64,000 nucleotides of DNA from Jatrophihabitantaceae bacterium (GTDB lineage: Bacteria > Actinomycetota > Actinomycetes > Mycobacteriales > Jatrophihabitantaceae). Positions 37,141-46,767 of this stretch are shown here, in pieces. The notes beneath the pieces are model-generated. The model worked only from the letters and a program-made list of their open reading frames with translations. It ran no database searches and was not told where the DNA came from. Location: the NCBI GenBank assembly GCA_035765515.1, contig DASTXN010000171.1, positions 1,885 through 65,884 on the forward strand, written 5' to 3'. Within the stretch, counting starts at the first letter, position 1. Each line of letters starts with the position of its first letter. The position numbers were made by a program, and so were the translations under genes.

Positions 37141-38553
37141 ATGACGGACAGTGACTTCGACCTGATCGTGCTCGGTCTCGGCCCCGGTGGCGAGGAGGTC
37201 GCCGAGTCCGCGGCCCGCGCCGGGCGCCGTGTGCTCGGGATCGATCCGGCGCTCGTCGGCGGCGAATGCCCCTACTACGGCTGCATCCCGTCCAAGATGA
37301 TCCTGCGCGGGGCGCAGGTGTTGACCGAAGCGCGCCGGGTGGACGTCCTGGCGGGCCATGCCGAGACGCGGCCGGACTTCACGCCGGTCGCCATCCGCAT
37401 CCGCGACGAGGCCACCGACGACTGGGACGACCGGGTGGCCGTCGAGCGGCTCGAGAAGTTGGGCGGTGTGTTCGTCCGCGGCGCTGGCCGGCTCGCCGGG
37501 CGGGATGCGGACGGCCGGCTGATCGTCACGGTGGGGGAGCAGGCGTTCCGCGCGCCGGACGTGGTGGTCGCGACCGGGACGGCTCCCGCGATCCCGCCGG
37601 TGACGGGGCTGGCCGAACTGCGTGCGTCCGGCTCAGGCGTGGACGGGCCGGTATGGACGAACCGCGAGGCGGTCAAGGCGCGCGAGGCGCCGGCGTCGCT
37701 GGTGGTGATCGGCGGCGGCGCGATCGGCTGCGAGCTGGCCCAGGGCTTCGCGCGCTTCGGCTCGGCGGTGACCGTGATCGAGGCCGCCGAGCGGCTGCTG
37801 ATGCCCGAAGAGCCCGAGGCGTCGCAGACCATCGCCGAGGTGTTCGCCCGCGAGGGCATCACCGTGCGCACGGGCGTCGGCGTCGCGCAGGTGGCGGCGA
37901 GTGGCGACGGCGTGCAGGTCAGCCTCGAGAATGGGGGCACGGCCACGGGCACGAAACTGCTCGTCGCCGCCGGCCGCCGTCCGAACCTGGGCGACATCGG
38001 CCTGGACTCGGTCGGTCTGGACGATCAGTCCCGCGCTCTCGACGTGGACGAGCACATGCAGGTGCTGCGCGACGGCGAGCCGGTCGGCGGCCTGTACGCG
38101 GTCGGCGACATCACCGGCCGCGGCCAGTTCACGCACGTCGCCGTGTGGCAAGCGCGTGTGCTGTTGGCGCACCTGGCCGGCGAGCAGCGTCCGTTCGGCG
38201 GCTACCACGGCCTGGCCTGGGCCACGTTCACCGATCCCGAGGTCGGCCGGGTGGGCCTGACCGAGCAGCAGGCGCGCAAGGACGGCCGGGGCGTCCGGGT
38301 CGCCAGCGCGCCGGTTCCGGCCAACACTCGCGGCTGGATTTACGGGCCGGGCAACGACGGATTCGTCAAGCTGGTTGCCGACGGTGACGTGCTCGTCGGC
38401 GCCACCGTGGTCGCCCCGAACGGCGGCGAGATCCTGGGCCTGCTCACCCTCGCCGTCCACGCTCGCGTGCCGGTCGAGACGCTGCGAACCATGCACTACG
38501 CCTTCCCGACAATGCATCGCACCGTGCTCGAAGCGCTGCAGAACCTCGAATAA
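37141..38553 (+). CDS. FAD-dependent pyridine nucleotide-disulfide oxidoreductase (dihydrolipoyl dehydrogenase/mercuric reductase-like)
   Basis: FDLIVLGLGPGG FAD motif, redox-active GGECPYYGCIPSK, second Rossmann VVIGGGAIGCELA, C-terminal dimerisation region. Confidence 0.85.
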   Translation: MTDSDFDLIVLGLGPGGEEVAESAARAGRRVLGIDPALVGGECPYYGCIPSKMILRGAQVLTEARRVDVLAGHAETRPDFTPVAIRIRDEATDDWDDRVAVERLEKLGGVFVRGAGRLAGRDADGRLIVTVGEQAFRAPDVVVATGTAPAIPPVTGLAELRASGSGVDGPVWTNREAVKAREAPASLVVIGGGAIGCELAQGFARFGSAVTVIEAAERLLMPEEPEASQTIAEVFAREGITVRTGVGVAQVAASGDGVQVSLENGGTATGTKLLVAAGRRPNLGDIGLDSVGLDDQSRALDVDEHMQVLRDGEPVGGLYAVGDITGRGQFTHVAVWQARVLLAHLAGEQRPFGGYHGLAWATFTDPEVGRVGLTEQQARKDGRGVRVASAPVPANTRGWIYGPGNDGFVKLVADGDVLVGATVVAPNGGEILGLLTLAVHARVPVETLRTMHYAFPTMHRTVLEALQNLE

Positions 38554-38555
38554 AC

Positions 38556-39149
38556 GTGCGTCGCGGCGTCTTGTCCGGTTCACTGGTCGTGTCGAAAGGT
38601 GAACTGTTGCCCGGCGCACTAGTTCTCAACGCGACGTACGAGCCGCTCTGCGTCGTGCCGCTGCGGCGCGCCGTGGTGCTGGTGCTGGCCGAGAAGGCCG
38701 TGATCGTGGAGGCCGCCGGGCAGGTGCTGCACTCCGAGCGGGTAAGCATCCCGGCGCCGAGCGTGGTCCGGCTGTCGCGGTACGTCCGGGTGCCTTACCG
38801 GCGTGCTGTCCCGCTGACCCGCCGCGCGGTGCTCGAGCGCGACGGTCACCAGTGCGCCTACTGCGGGACGCGCGCCGACACGATCGACCACGTCCGCCCG
38901 CGGTCGCGCGGTGGCGAGCACGTCTGGACGAACGTGGTGGCCGCCTGCGCGCGCTGCAACCACCGCAAGGGCGACCGGCTGCTGGCCGAACTGGGCTGGC
39001 ACCTGCCCGCGCCGCCGGTGCAGCCGCCGGTCACGGTCGCGGTGGTGATGGGCTGGTCGAAGCGGGACCCGTCCTGGCAGCCGTACCTGACCCTGGGCTC
39101 CGAGTCGTGGACGGGCACCGTGCCGGAAGCCGCCGCCCCCGCCGTCTGA
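38556..39149 (+). CDS. HNH endonuclease (Rv2469c-like)
   Basis: VLNATYEPL N-terminal motif and HNH core RDGHQCAYCG...DHVRPRSRGGEHVWTNVVAACARCNHRK. The true start may be a downstream TTG or GTG. Confidence 0.8.
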   Translation: MRRGVLSGSLVVSKGELLPGALVLNATYEPLCVVPLRRAVVLVLAEKAVIVEAAGQVLHSERVSIPAPSVVRLSRYVRVPYRRAVPLTRRAVLERDGHQCAYCGTRADTIDHVRPRSRGGEHVWTNVVAACARCNHRKGDRLLAELGWHLPAPPVQPPVTVAVVMGWSKRDPSWQPYLTLGSESWTGTVPEAAAPAV

Positions 39150-39153
39150 GGTC

Positions 39154-39212
39154 GTGTGTGGCGACGCTGCGTGACGACACGCCGGGTGGGATGAGGCCCC
39201 GTCGCCACACAC
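39154..39212 (+). terminator. 13-bp perfect inverted repeat (gtgtgtggcgacg / cgtcgccacacac) with a 33-nt loop just after the HNH stop
   Basis: Arms 39154-39166 and 39200-39212. No U-tract. Confidence 0.3.
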
Positions 39213-39257
39213 AGGCCGGCAATCGACTACGGCGCCAACCCGGTACGGTCCGCAGGC

Positions 39258-40685
39258 ATGACGCAGCTGCACGAGCTGAACGCCCTGGACGCCGCCGCCG
39301 CGGTACGCCGCCGCGAGGTCAGCCCGCTCGAACTCGTCGAGCACGCGCTGCGCCGCCTGGACGAGCAGGATCCCAAGGTCGGGGCGTTCGTGACCGTCAC
39401 CGCCGAATCCGCCCTCGAACAGGCCCGCGCCGCCGAACGCGCGGTCACTCAGGTCGACGATCCGCGCACCCTGCCGCCGCTGCTCGGCGTCCCGACCGCG
39501 ATCAAGGACCTCAACAGCACCAAGGGCGTCCCGACCAAGCTCGGTTCCCGCGCTTTCGCCGACTGGGTGCCTGACGTCGACGATCACGTCGTCACGCTGC
39601 TGCGCACAGCCGGCACGATCAGCCTCGGCAAGACCGCAACGCCGGAGTTCGGGCTGCCCTGCTACACCGAGACCGACCTCGGCCCGCCCGCACGCACACC
39701 CTGGGACCTCACGCGATCGGCGGGCGGATCCAGCGGTGGCGCCGGAGCCGCGGTCGCCGCGGGCATCGTCCCGATCGCGCAGGGCAGCGACGGCGGCGGC
39801 TCGATCCGCATCCCCGCGAGCGTGTGCGGCCTGATCGGGCTGAAGACCTCGCGCGGACGGATCTCCAAGGGCCCGCTGGACTTCGACGCCTCGCGGCTGG
39901 GCGTGTACGGGCCGCTGACCCACACGGTCCGCGATGCGGCTGCGTTCCTGGACGCGACCGCGATACCGCAGCCCGGCGACCCGAACCCGCTGCCGCCGCT
40001 CCCGGCGGGGGAGACGTTCCTGGGCTGGTGCGACCGCGAGCCGGGACGGCTGCGCATCGGCCGCTACCTGGATTCACCGATCGGCGCCGAGCTGGATCCG
40101 CAGGTGCGTGCCGCGTGGGAGCAGGCGTCCGAGCTGCTGGCCGGACTGGGGCACGAGGTCGTCGACGTCGACGCGCCGATCCCGCCCGAGGCGGTGCCCG
40201 CGTTCGAGACGGTGTGGGCGGTCTCGGCGGCGACGATCCCGGTGGACGTGGCCGGCGAGCAGCTGCTCCGCCCGCTGACCCGGCACCTGCGCGAGCGCGG
40301 CCGAGCGATCAGCGGCCCGGAATTCGCGAACGCGCTCGGTGCCCTGAACGTCTTTGCGCGCAGAGCGATCGCCGGCACCGCGCACCTCGACGCCGTGCTC
40401 ACCCCCACGCTGGCGATGCTGCCGCGCCCGGTCGGCTGGTTCGTCGGCGATGACGACGATCCCGCCGCAGACTTCGAGCGGCAGAAGGCGTTCACGCCCT
40501 ATACCTCGATCTACAACACCACCGGGCAGCCGGCGATCTCGCTGCCGCTGTACTCCTCCCGGGAGGGCTTGCCGATCGGGATGATGCTCGTCGGGCGCCC
40601 GGCCGGCGAGGCGCAGCTGCTCGCCCTGGCCGCGCAGCTGGAGGCCGCCCTCCCGTGGGCCGAGCGTCGCCCGCCGAACTGGTGA
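39258..40685 (+). CDS. amidase (amidase-signature family)
   Basis: GVPTAIKDL and the Gly/Ser-rich signature GGSSGGAGAAVAAGIVPIAQGSDGGGSIRIPAS. 475 aa. Confidence 0.85.
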   Translation: MTQLHELNALDAAAAVRRREVSPLELVEHALRRLDEQDPKVGAFVTVTAESALEQARAAERAVTQVDDPRTLPPLLGVPTAIKDLNSTKGVPTKLGSRAFADWVPDVDDHVVTLLRTAGTISLGKTATPEFGLPCYTETDLGPPARTPWDLTRSAGGSSGGAGAAVAAGIVPIAQGSDGGGSIRIPASVCGLIGLKTSRGRISKGPLDFDASRLGVYGPLTHTVRDAAAFLDATAIPQPGDPNPLPPLPAGETFLGWCDREPGRLRIGRYLDSPIGAELDPQVRAAWEQASELLAGLGHEVVDVDAPIPPEAVPAFETVWAVSAATIPVDVAGEQLLRPLTRHLRERGRAISGPEFANALGALNVFARRAIAGTAHLDAVLTPTLAMLPRPVGWFVGDDDDPAADFERQKAFTPYTSIYNTTGQPAISLPLYSSREGLPIGMMLVGRPAGEAQLLALAAQLEAALPWAERRPPNW

Positions 40686-40727
40686 GCCGCCCGCACCGGC
40701 CCGAGACGCGTTGGATACGGTGTCGGG

Positions 40728-40964
40728 GTGAACGGATGGCTGACCTTCCTGGTGTTTGCGTGCATTCCAGCGGGCATCATCGCGCTGGTGATCCTCGGCG
40801 TGTACGGCAAGACGCTGCTGCGCCAGCCGAGCCGGTACCGGCCCGGCCGCCCGTGGACCTACGAGCCGGCCTGGTACGTCCCGCACCCGGACGCGATCGT
40901 CCACCAGAGCGGGCTGCCGTCCGGTTCGACGACTGCGGTTGGGGGTGCCAGCGGTGAGTGGTGA
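40728..40964 (+). CDS. small membrane protein (one N-terminal TM helix)
   Basis: LTFLVFACIPAGIIALVILGVYG hydrophobic helix. Overlaps the next gene's start by 11 nt. Confidence 0.5.
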   Translation: MNGWLTFLVFACIPAGIIALVILGVYGKTLLRQPSRYRPGRPWTYEPAWYVPHPDAIVHQSGLPSGSTTAVGGASGEW

Positions 40965-41379
40965 CGTCGCGAAGGTCAGCGGCAGCGGTAACGGCACCGT
41001 CCAGTACGGGCCCGGCACCAAGTCGGTGGACCAGGCGTTCAGCGCGAACCAGCTGACGCGCATGGACGAGGCGCTGACCCTGTCCAGCCGCGAGACCGGA
41101 CTGGTCTTCTCGGTCTACGTCGGCGAACTGCGCGCGCCGACTCGCGCGCACGCCGAGGCACTGTTCGAGCGGCTCACCGACGACTCGGTGCTGCTCGCGA
41201 TCTCGCCCGGCCAGCGCACCCTGCACATCGTCACGGGGCCGGAGTCGTCCAAGCGGCTGCCGAACCGCGCCTGCGCCCTGGCGGCGCTCGCGATGCGCGC
41301 CGCGTTCGCCAATGGCGACCTGACCGGCGGCATCGTCACCGGCCTGCGCATGCTGGCCGACTCCGCCGGCCGCATCTGA
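40954..41379 (+). CDS. DUF5130-like (TPM-like) protein, Rv2468c-like by position next to pepN
   Basis: GTG start VSGDVAKV. LVFSVYVGEL...LLAISPGQRTLHIVTG pattern. Confidence 0.65.
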   Translation: MSGDVAKVSGSGNGTVQYGPGTKSVDQAFSANQLTRMDEALTLSSRETGLVFSVYVGELRAPTRAHAEALFERLTDDSVLLAISPGQRTLHIVTGPESSKRLPNRACALAALAMRAAFANGDLTGGIVTGLRMLADSAGRI

Positions 41380-41406
41380 ACCGGCCGCATTTGCATCCAC
41401 GCGTAA

Positions 41407-41450
41407 CGCAAAGCGCCGGGAGCCAGCAGTTCGGCTCCCGGCGCTTTGCG
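41407..41450. terminator. bidirectional intrinsic terminator hairpin between convergent genes
   Basis: Perfect 18-bp stem (cgcaaagcgccgggagcc / ggctcccggcgctttgcg) with an 8-nt loop. Sits between stop 41379(+) and stop 41459(-). Confidence 0.7.
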
Positions 41451-41458
41451 TTGTCGGG

Positions 41459-42811
41459 CTAGGGGATCAGGCACGTTCCCGGCTTGAACGGGTTCGGCAC
41501 CGTGCACTTCTTCGTCGGGGTCGGGCTCGGCGTCGGGCTACTGGACGTCGGGGGGGTCGACGTGGGCGGGGTGGACGTGGCCGGCGGCGCGGGCGGGGCG
41601 CTCGTCGTCGTTCCCGGGCTGCTGGACGTCGAGCCGGCGCTGGTCGACGGCTGACCCGGCGCGGTCGAGTTCACCGGCGTCACCGCGTTCGTCCCGGTCG
41701 GCGAGCCGCCGGCTCCGGCGGTCTTGCTGGGGCTGCCGCTGGTCTTCGTCGCCGTGGGCTTCGTCGTCGTCTTGTGCGGCTGCACCGCGATGGGCTTGCC
41801 GGGGTTCGCGGGCGGCACGTCGGTGGACCGCACCGGCGACAGCGTGCCGCTGGTGTTGCCGACCAGTGGGATGCCCGCGACGCTCACGCCGCGGCGGTAC
41901 GCGTCCGCGAGCGCGAGTACCAGGTTGAGGTACTCGTCGGAGTGGTTGTAGGTGAGCACGGCCTGCTTCTGGCCGGCGCTCGTGCGCAGGTCGCCGCCCG
42001 CCGCGCACAGGTAGCGGGCCGCCCCGAGCGCCGCGTCGTGGATGTTGAAGACGTCGGCCACGCCGTCGCCGTTCTCGTCGGCACCGTAGCCGGCCCACGT
42101 CTGCGGGATGAACTGCATCGGGCCGAGCGCGTGCGCGTACACGGCATCGCCGTCGAGCGCGAGGCCGTTCGCGGGAGCCGGCACGTAGTCCCAGGTCTTG
42201 CCGTCCAGGGCCGGGCCGATGATCTTCGGCGTGGTCGTTCCGTCGGCGTTGAACACGGCGCCGCCGAACCGTCCGTGGTCGGACTCGACGCGTCCGATGC
42301 CGGCGAGCAGCGCCCAGTCGATTCCGCAGCCCGGGTCCACGTGGTCCATTCGCGCGGCCGCGACGCGGTAGGCGTTCAGCGCCATGTTCGGGATGCCGTT
42401 GGCTGCCAGGCTGTTGATCACCGCGGCGCTGGCCGGCGCCGGCTTGGCGACGTGCACCGGCTTGCTCGTCAGCGCGGTGTCCCCGGCGGGCGGTGTTGCG
42501 CTGTCGGTGGCGAGCGGCAGCAGCTGGCCGAGGTCGGGGTTGGTGTCCTGCTGGGCGTCGACGCGGTGGGATGGGTGGTGGCTGGTGCCTGCGTCGGCGA
42601 GCGGCGTGGTCAGGCTGGCGACGACGAAGACGACGGCGCCGGCAGCGATCGAGCCGAATGCGGCGCGTTGCTTGAGCTTGGAGCTGCGCCGCAGCATGGC
42701 GGCGAGCCCGGGTGCCTTCACCTCACCAGCGGCCGTGCCGCTCGCGAGGCGGTCGGTCTCGGTCCAGCCGTGGGCGCCGCGGCCGCGCACACCGAACTTC
42801 GATCTGGCCAT
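41459..42811 (-). CDS. lytic transglycosylase domain protein with a C-terminal Ser/Thr/Pro-rich tail
   Basis: Start MARSKFG. TM/signal AAFGSIAAGAVVFVVASL. SLT/MltB-like core GIGRVESDHGRFGG...ALGPMQFIPQTWAGYG...AALGAARYL. Confidence 0.8.
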   Translation of the reverse strand: MARSKFGVRGRGAHGWTETDRLASGTAAGEVKAPGLAAMLRRSSKLKQRAAFGSIAAGAVVFVVASLTTPLADAGTSHHPSHRVDAQQDTNPDLGQLLPLATDSATPPAGDTALTSKPVHVAKPAPASAAVINSLAANGIPNMALNAYRVAAARMDHVDPGCGIDWALLAGIGRVESDHGRFGGAVFNADGTTTPKIIGPALDGKTWDYVPAPANGLALDGDAVYAHALGPMQFIPQTWAGYGADENGDGVADVFNIHDAALGAARYLCAAGGDLRTSAGQKQAVLTYNHSDEYLNLVLALADAYRRGVSVAGIPLVGNTSGTLSPVRSTDVPPANPGKPIAVQPHKTTTKPTATKTSGSPSKTAGAGGSPTGTNAVTPVNSTAPGQPSTSAGSTSSSPGTTTSAPPAPPATSTPPTSTPPTSSSPTPSPTPTKKCTVPNPFKPGTCLIP

Positions 42812-42935
42812 CGACTGCTCCACTGGACGGGTACTGGGTACCGGACGACTTCTGTGGCTATTTGTCCATATCAACGACGCAGGGCATCCGTCGGATACGC
42901 GTGAGGACGCCCGATCAGCCTACGACGGCGTGCGT

Positions 42936-45527
42936 TCAGTGATCCGCGGCGCGTGCCTTGAGCGCCCGCAGCACGTCCGCGCGGCCCTCGTTCACCAAGC
43001 GGCGCAGCGAACCGGGCAGGTCGTCGCGCGCGAGCATCGCGTCCGCCGCGGCGACCGTGTCGGGCGAGATGGTCGACGTCCAGGTCGGGAACATCCCGAC
43101 TGCGACCTTCTGCGCGAGTTCGACCGTCCGGCGCCCCCAGAGCTCGGGAACCTCGGCGAAGTAGCGCTCCACGTACGGCCGCAGCAGTTCGCCGTGCAGC
43201 GGGTGCGCGAAGCCGGCGATGACCGCCACCTGCATGGCATTGGGCAGCTCGTCGTCGTGCAGTGCGAGGCGCCAGGCCTCTGCCTTGGCCTCCGGCGTCG
43301 GCTGCAGCGCGCGTGCGGTGGCGGCGTACTTCTGGCCCTCGGTGGACGGATCACGCTCGAGCTCGGCCGCGATGTCGTCCGGGCCTATGGCACCGCGCGC
43401 GGAAAGCGCCTGCACGATCGCCCACCGCAGGTCGTGGTCGACCTTCAACCCGTCCACCGACTCGGAACCGTTCAGCAGCCCGTTGATGAACGCGGTGTGC
43501 TCGTCGCTGCGGGCAGCACCCAGCAGGGCATGCAGCCAGGCCAGCTGGTGATCCGAACCCGGCTCGGCCGAGCGCAGCTCAGTGAGCGCGTTCTCGGCGA
43601 GCGCGGTAAAGCCTTGCGGCGCGTAGTCCGGGTCGGCGTAGATCTCCAGCGCCCGCAGCGCTTGCCGCTGCAGCGACTGCATCACACCGATGTCGGTCTC
43701 GGCACCGGCACCGGCGAGGACGAGCGCGATGTAGTCACGGGTGGCCAGCTCGGCGTCGCGGGTCATGTCCCACGCCGCGCTCCAGCACAGCGCGCGCGGC
43801 AGCGAATCGGTGAGCCGCGCGATGCCTCCCGAACGCAGCGTGGCGAGGCTGTGCTCGTCCAGGCGCAGCTTGCAGTAGGTGAGGTCCTCGTCGTTGATCA
43901 GCAGCAGCGCCGGCTGCTTCATACCGACCAGCTCGGGCACCGCAGTGCGCGCCCCCGCGACGTCGAGCTCGATGCGCTGCGTGCGCACCAGCTGACCCTG
44001 CCGGTCCTCGTACAGGCCGACGGCCAGGCGGTGCGGACGCAGCGTGTTCGAGGTGGCGATCTCGTTCGGCGCGGTCTGGACGATCTCGAATGCCGTGTAG
44101 TTGCCGTCCCCGTCGAGGGTGAACTCGGGCGTGAGCGTGTTGATGCCCGTCGTCTCGAGCCATGCCTTGGACCAGGAGCCGAGTTCGCGGCCGGACGACG
44201 CTTCGAGCGCGCGCAGCAGGTCGGCCAGCGTCGTGTTCCCGTAGGCGTGCTCGACGAAGTAGCCGCGCAGGCCGGCAAGGAACGCGTCGACGCCGACGTA
44301 CGCCGCCAGCTGCTTGAGCACCGACGCGCCCTTGGCGTAGGTGATGCCGTCGAAGTTCACCTCGGCGGTCTGCACATCGGGTGCGTCCGTGGCGATCGGG
44401 TGGGTGGACGGCAGCTGATCCTGCCGGTACGCCCAGGTCTTCTCGGTGTTCGCGAAGGTCGTCCAGGCGTTGGTCCACCGCGTCGCCTGCGTCTGCGCGA
44501 GCGTCGAGATGTAGGTCGCGAACGACTCGTTCAGCCAGAGGTCGTCCCACCACCGCATGGTGACCAGGTCGCCGAACCACATGTGCGCCATCTCGTGCAA
44601 CAGCGTCTCGGCGCGGCGCTCACGGCGGGCGTCGGTGACCTTGCTGCGGAAGATGTAGTCGTCGCGGAACGTCACGCAGCCCGCGTTCTCCATCGCACCG
44701 GCGTTGAACTCGGCGACGAAGATCTGGTCGTACTTGTCGAACGGGTACCGGACGCCGAAGTTCTCGTGATACCAGTCGAAACCCTGTGCCGTCACGGTGA
44801 ACAGCTCGTCCGCGTCGAGGTGCGGGGCAAGCGTCTTGCGGCACCAGATGCCGAGATCGATACCGTCGTGCGAGCTGCGTGCCACGTCGTACGGGCCGGC
44901 GATCAGCGCGGTGATGTACGGGCTGATCCGCGCCGTCGTCGTCGCGAAGTGCACCGTCTTGGCCGGACCGGTCTCCTCGGTGCGCAGCTCGCGGCCGTTC
45001 GAGGCGACATCCCAGTGGTCAGGCACGGTGGCGCGAATCGTGAACGTCGCCTTCAGGTCCGGCTGGTCGAAGCACGCGTACATGCGCTTGGCGTCGGCCG
45101 TCTCGAACTGCGAATACAGGTACGTCTCGCCGTCGAGCGGGTCGACGAAGCGGTGCAGCCCCTCGCCGGTGTTCGTGTAGAGCAGGTCGGCGTCGACCAC
45201 GACCACGTTGTCCGCCGCGAGATCGTGCAGCGCGATTCCCGTGGCGGGCGTGTAGCCCGAGACGTCGACGTCCACGCCGTTGAGTGTGACCGAGTGGAAG
45301 CGGTCGGCGATGACGTCGAGGAACGTCGAGGCACCCGGTCGCGTCGCCGAGAACTCGATCCTCGTAGTGGAGCGGAAGGTGCGCTCGGACGGCTTGCCTC
45401 CCCCGTCCGTGAGATCGAGCGAGACCTCGTAGGACGTCACCCGGAGCAGGTCTGCACGTGCGGCGGCGTCGGCGCGGGTGAGGTTGGGCACGGCGCTGGT
45501 GGCGCTGGAGGGCATTGGCGCAGTCAT
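42936..45527 (-). CDS. pepN: aminopeptidase N (M1 family)
   Basis: GAMENAGCVTF exopeptidase motif and HEMAHMWFGDLVTMRWWDDLWLNESFA zinc-binding HEXXH-E. Confidence 0.9.
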   Translation of the reverse strand: MTAPMPSSATSAVPNLTRADAAARADLLRVTSYEVSLDLTDGGGKPSERTFRSTTRIEFSATRPGASTFLDVIADRFHSVTLNGVDVDVSGYTPATGIALHDLAADNVVVVDADLLYTNTGEGLHRFVDPLDGETYLYSQFETADAKRMYACFDQPDLKATFTIRATVPDHWDVASNGRELRTEETGPAKTVHFATTTARISPYITALIAGPYDVARSSHDGIDLGIWCRKTLAPHLDADELFTVTAQGFDWYHENFGVRYPFDKYDQIFVAEFNAGAMENAGCVTFRDDYIFRSKVTDARRERRAETLLHEMAHMWFGDLVTMRWWDDLWLNESFATYISTLAQTQATRWTNAWTTFANTEKTWAYRQDQLPSTHPIATDAPDVQTAEVNFDGITYAKGASVLKQLAAYVGVDAFLAGLRGYFVEHAYGNTTLADLLRALEASSGRELGSWSKAWLETTGINTLTPEFTLDGDGNYTAFEIVQTAPNEIATSNTLRPHRLAVGLYEDRQGQLVRTQRIELDVAGARTAVPELVGMKQPALLLINDEDLTYCKLRLDEHSLATLRSGGIARLTDSLPRALCWSAAWDMTRDAELATRDYIALVLAGAGAETDIGVMQSLQRQALRALEIYADPDYAPQGFTALAENALTELRSAEPGSDHQLAWLHALLGAARSDEHTAFINGLLNGSESVDGLKVDHDLRWAIVQALSARGAIGPDDIAAELERDPSTEGQKYAATARALQPTPEAKAEAWRLALHDDELPNAMQVAVIAGFAHPLHGELLRPYVERYFAEVPELWGRRTVELAQKVAVGMFPTWTSTISPDTVAAADAMLARDDLPGSLRRLVNEGRADVLRALKARAADH

Positions 45528-45604
45528 TTCTTTACGACGACGGTGTCCAGCCGAGTCTTTCATGAGCCGGGCACACACCGGGACCAGCGGCTACGGTTGC
45601 TCTC

Positions 45605-46060
45605 ATGCACGTGGGTGAGCAGGTCCCCGATTTCGAACTGCCGGACCAGAACGGCACGCCACAGCGGCTCTCCGCACTGCTGGCTGCCGGACCGGTCGTG
45701 CTGTTCTTCTACCCGGCGGCGATGACCGCAGGCTGCACCCGCGAGGCGTGCCATTTCCGGGACCTGGCGGCAGATTTCGCCGCTGCGGGCGTGCAGCGGG
45801 TCGGCATCAGCCGCGACAGCGTCGAGCGGCAGAAGCAGTTCGCCGACAAGCACTCCTTCGACTACCCGCTGCTGTCCGATGCCGACGGTGACGTCGCGCG
45901 GATGTTCGGCGTCCAGCGCGGTGGGTTGGGGCAGCGGCTGGGCGCGCCGGTCAAGCGCTGGACGTTCGCGATCCGTCCCGACTCGACGGTGGCCGCAGCC
46001 ATCCACAGCGAGCTGAACATGAACACGCATGCCGATCAGGCCCTCGCCGCCCTGGCCTGA
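45605..46060 (+). CDS. bcp: peroxiredoxin (Bcp/AhpC-TSA family)
   Basis: VPDFELPDQNG...VVLFFYPAAMTAGCTREAC active-site context. 151 aa. Confidence 0.85.
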   Translation: MHVGEQVPDFELPDQNGTPQRLSALLAAGPVVLFFYPAAMTAGCTREACHFRDLAADFAAAGVQRVGISRDSVERQKQFADKHSFDYPLLSDADGDVARMFGVQRGGLGQRLGAPVKRWTFAIRPDSTVAAAIHSELNMNTHADQALAALA

Positions 46061-46087
46061 TCAGCGCAGCGGGGTAATGTTGTTGAC

Positions 46088-46711
46088 GTGACGAATACTT
46101 CTGCCGACCGTCCCGTCGTCGACTTCTACTTCGATCCGCTCTGCCCCTTCGCCTGGGTGAGCTCGCGCTGGATCCTCGAGGTCGAGAAGGAGCGCGACAT
46201 CGAGCTGACCTTCCGGGTGATGTCGCTGTCCGTCCTGAACGAGAGCCGCGAAGACCTCTCGGACGACTACCGGGAGATGCTGGATCGCGGCTGGGGACCG
46301 GTGCGTATCTGCATCGCTGCCGAGCAGAAGTACGGCACGGCCGTGCTGCGCGACCTGTACACCGCGCTCGGCACCAAGCACCACAACGAGGAGCGCGAGT
46401 TCGACCGTGACCTGTATGTCGAGTCGCTGACCGAATGCGGGCTGGACCCCTCGCTTGCCGACGCCGCGGAGTCCACCGAGTACGACGAGGCACTGCGTGC
46501 GTCGCACCACCGCGGCATGGACCCGGTCGGCACCGAGGTCGGCACCCCCACCATCCACATCGACGGCGTCGCCTTCTTCGGCCCCGTGATCACGCGGATC
46601 CCGCGCGGCGAGGAGGCCGTCCGGATGTTCGACGGCGCGCTCATGCTGGCCTCGAACCCGTTCTTCTTCGAGCTCAAGCGCACCCGTACCGAGTCGCCCC
46701 GCTTCGACTGA
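46088..46711 (+). CDS. DsbA-like thioredoxin-fold protein, Rv2466c homolog with a CPFA (monothiol) active-site motif
   Basis: [37 protein letters not shown] and the C-terminal [15 protein letters not shown] are collinear with my recollection of Rv2466c. Confidence 0.85.
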   Translation: MTNTSADRPVVDFYFDPLCPFAWVSSRWILEVEKERDIELTFRVMSLSVLNESREDLSDDYREMLDRGWGPVRICIAAEQKYGTAVLRDLYTALGTKHHNEEREFDRDLYVESLTECGLDPSLADAAESTEYDEALRASHHRGMDPVGTEVGTPTIHIDGVAFFGPVITRIPRGEEAVRMFDGALMLASNPFFFELKRTRTESPRFD

Positions 46712-46767
46712 GCAAGCCGGCCCGGCTGAGCAAGCACCCGGGCTGTAGCGGGTACGAGCGGCAGGAC

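Noticed and set aside
42384-45725. 1113-aa plus-strand ORF spanning the antisense of the transglycosylase and pepN genes
   Set aside because: It crosses two well-supported minus-strand genes, and the translation is Arg/Val/Gly-rich nonsense. It is a shadow ORF.
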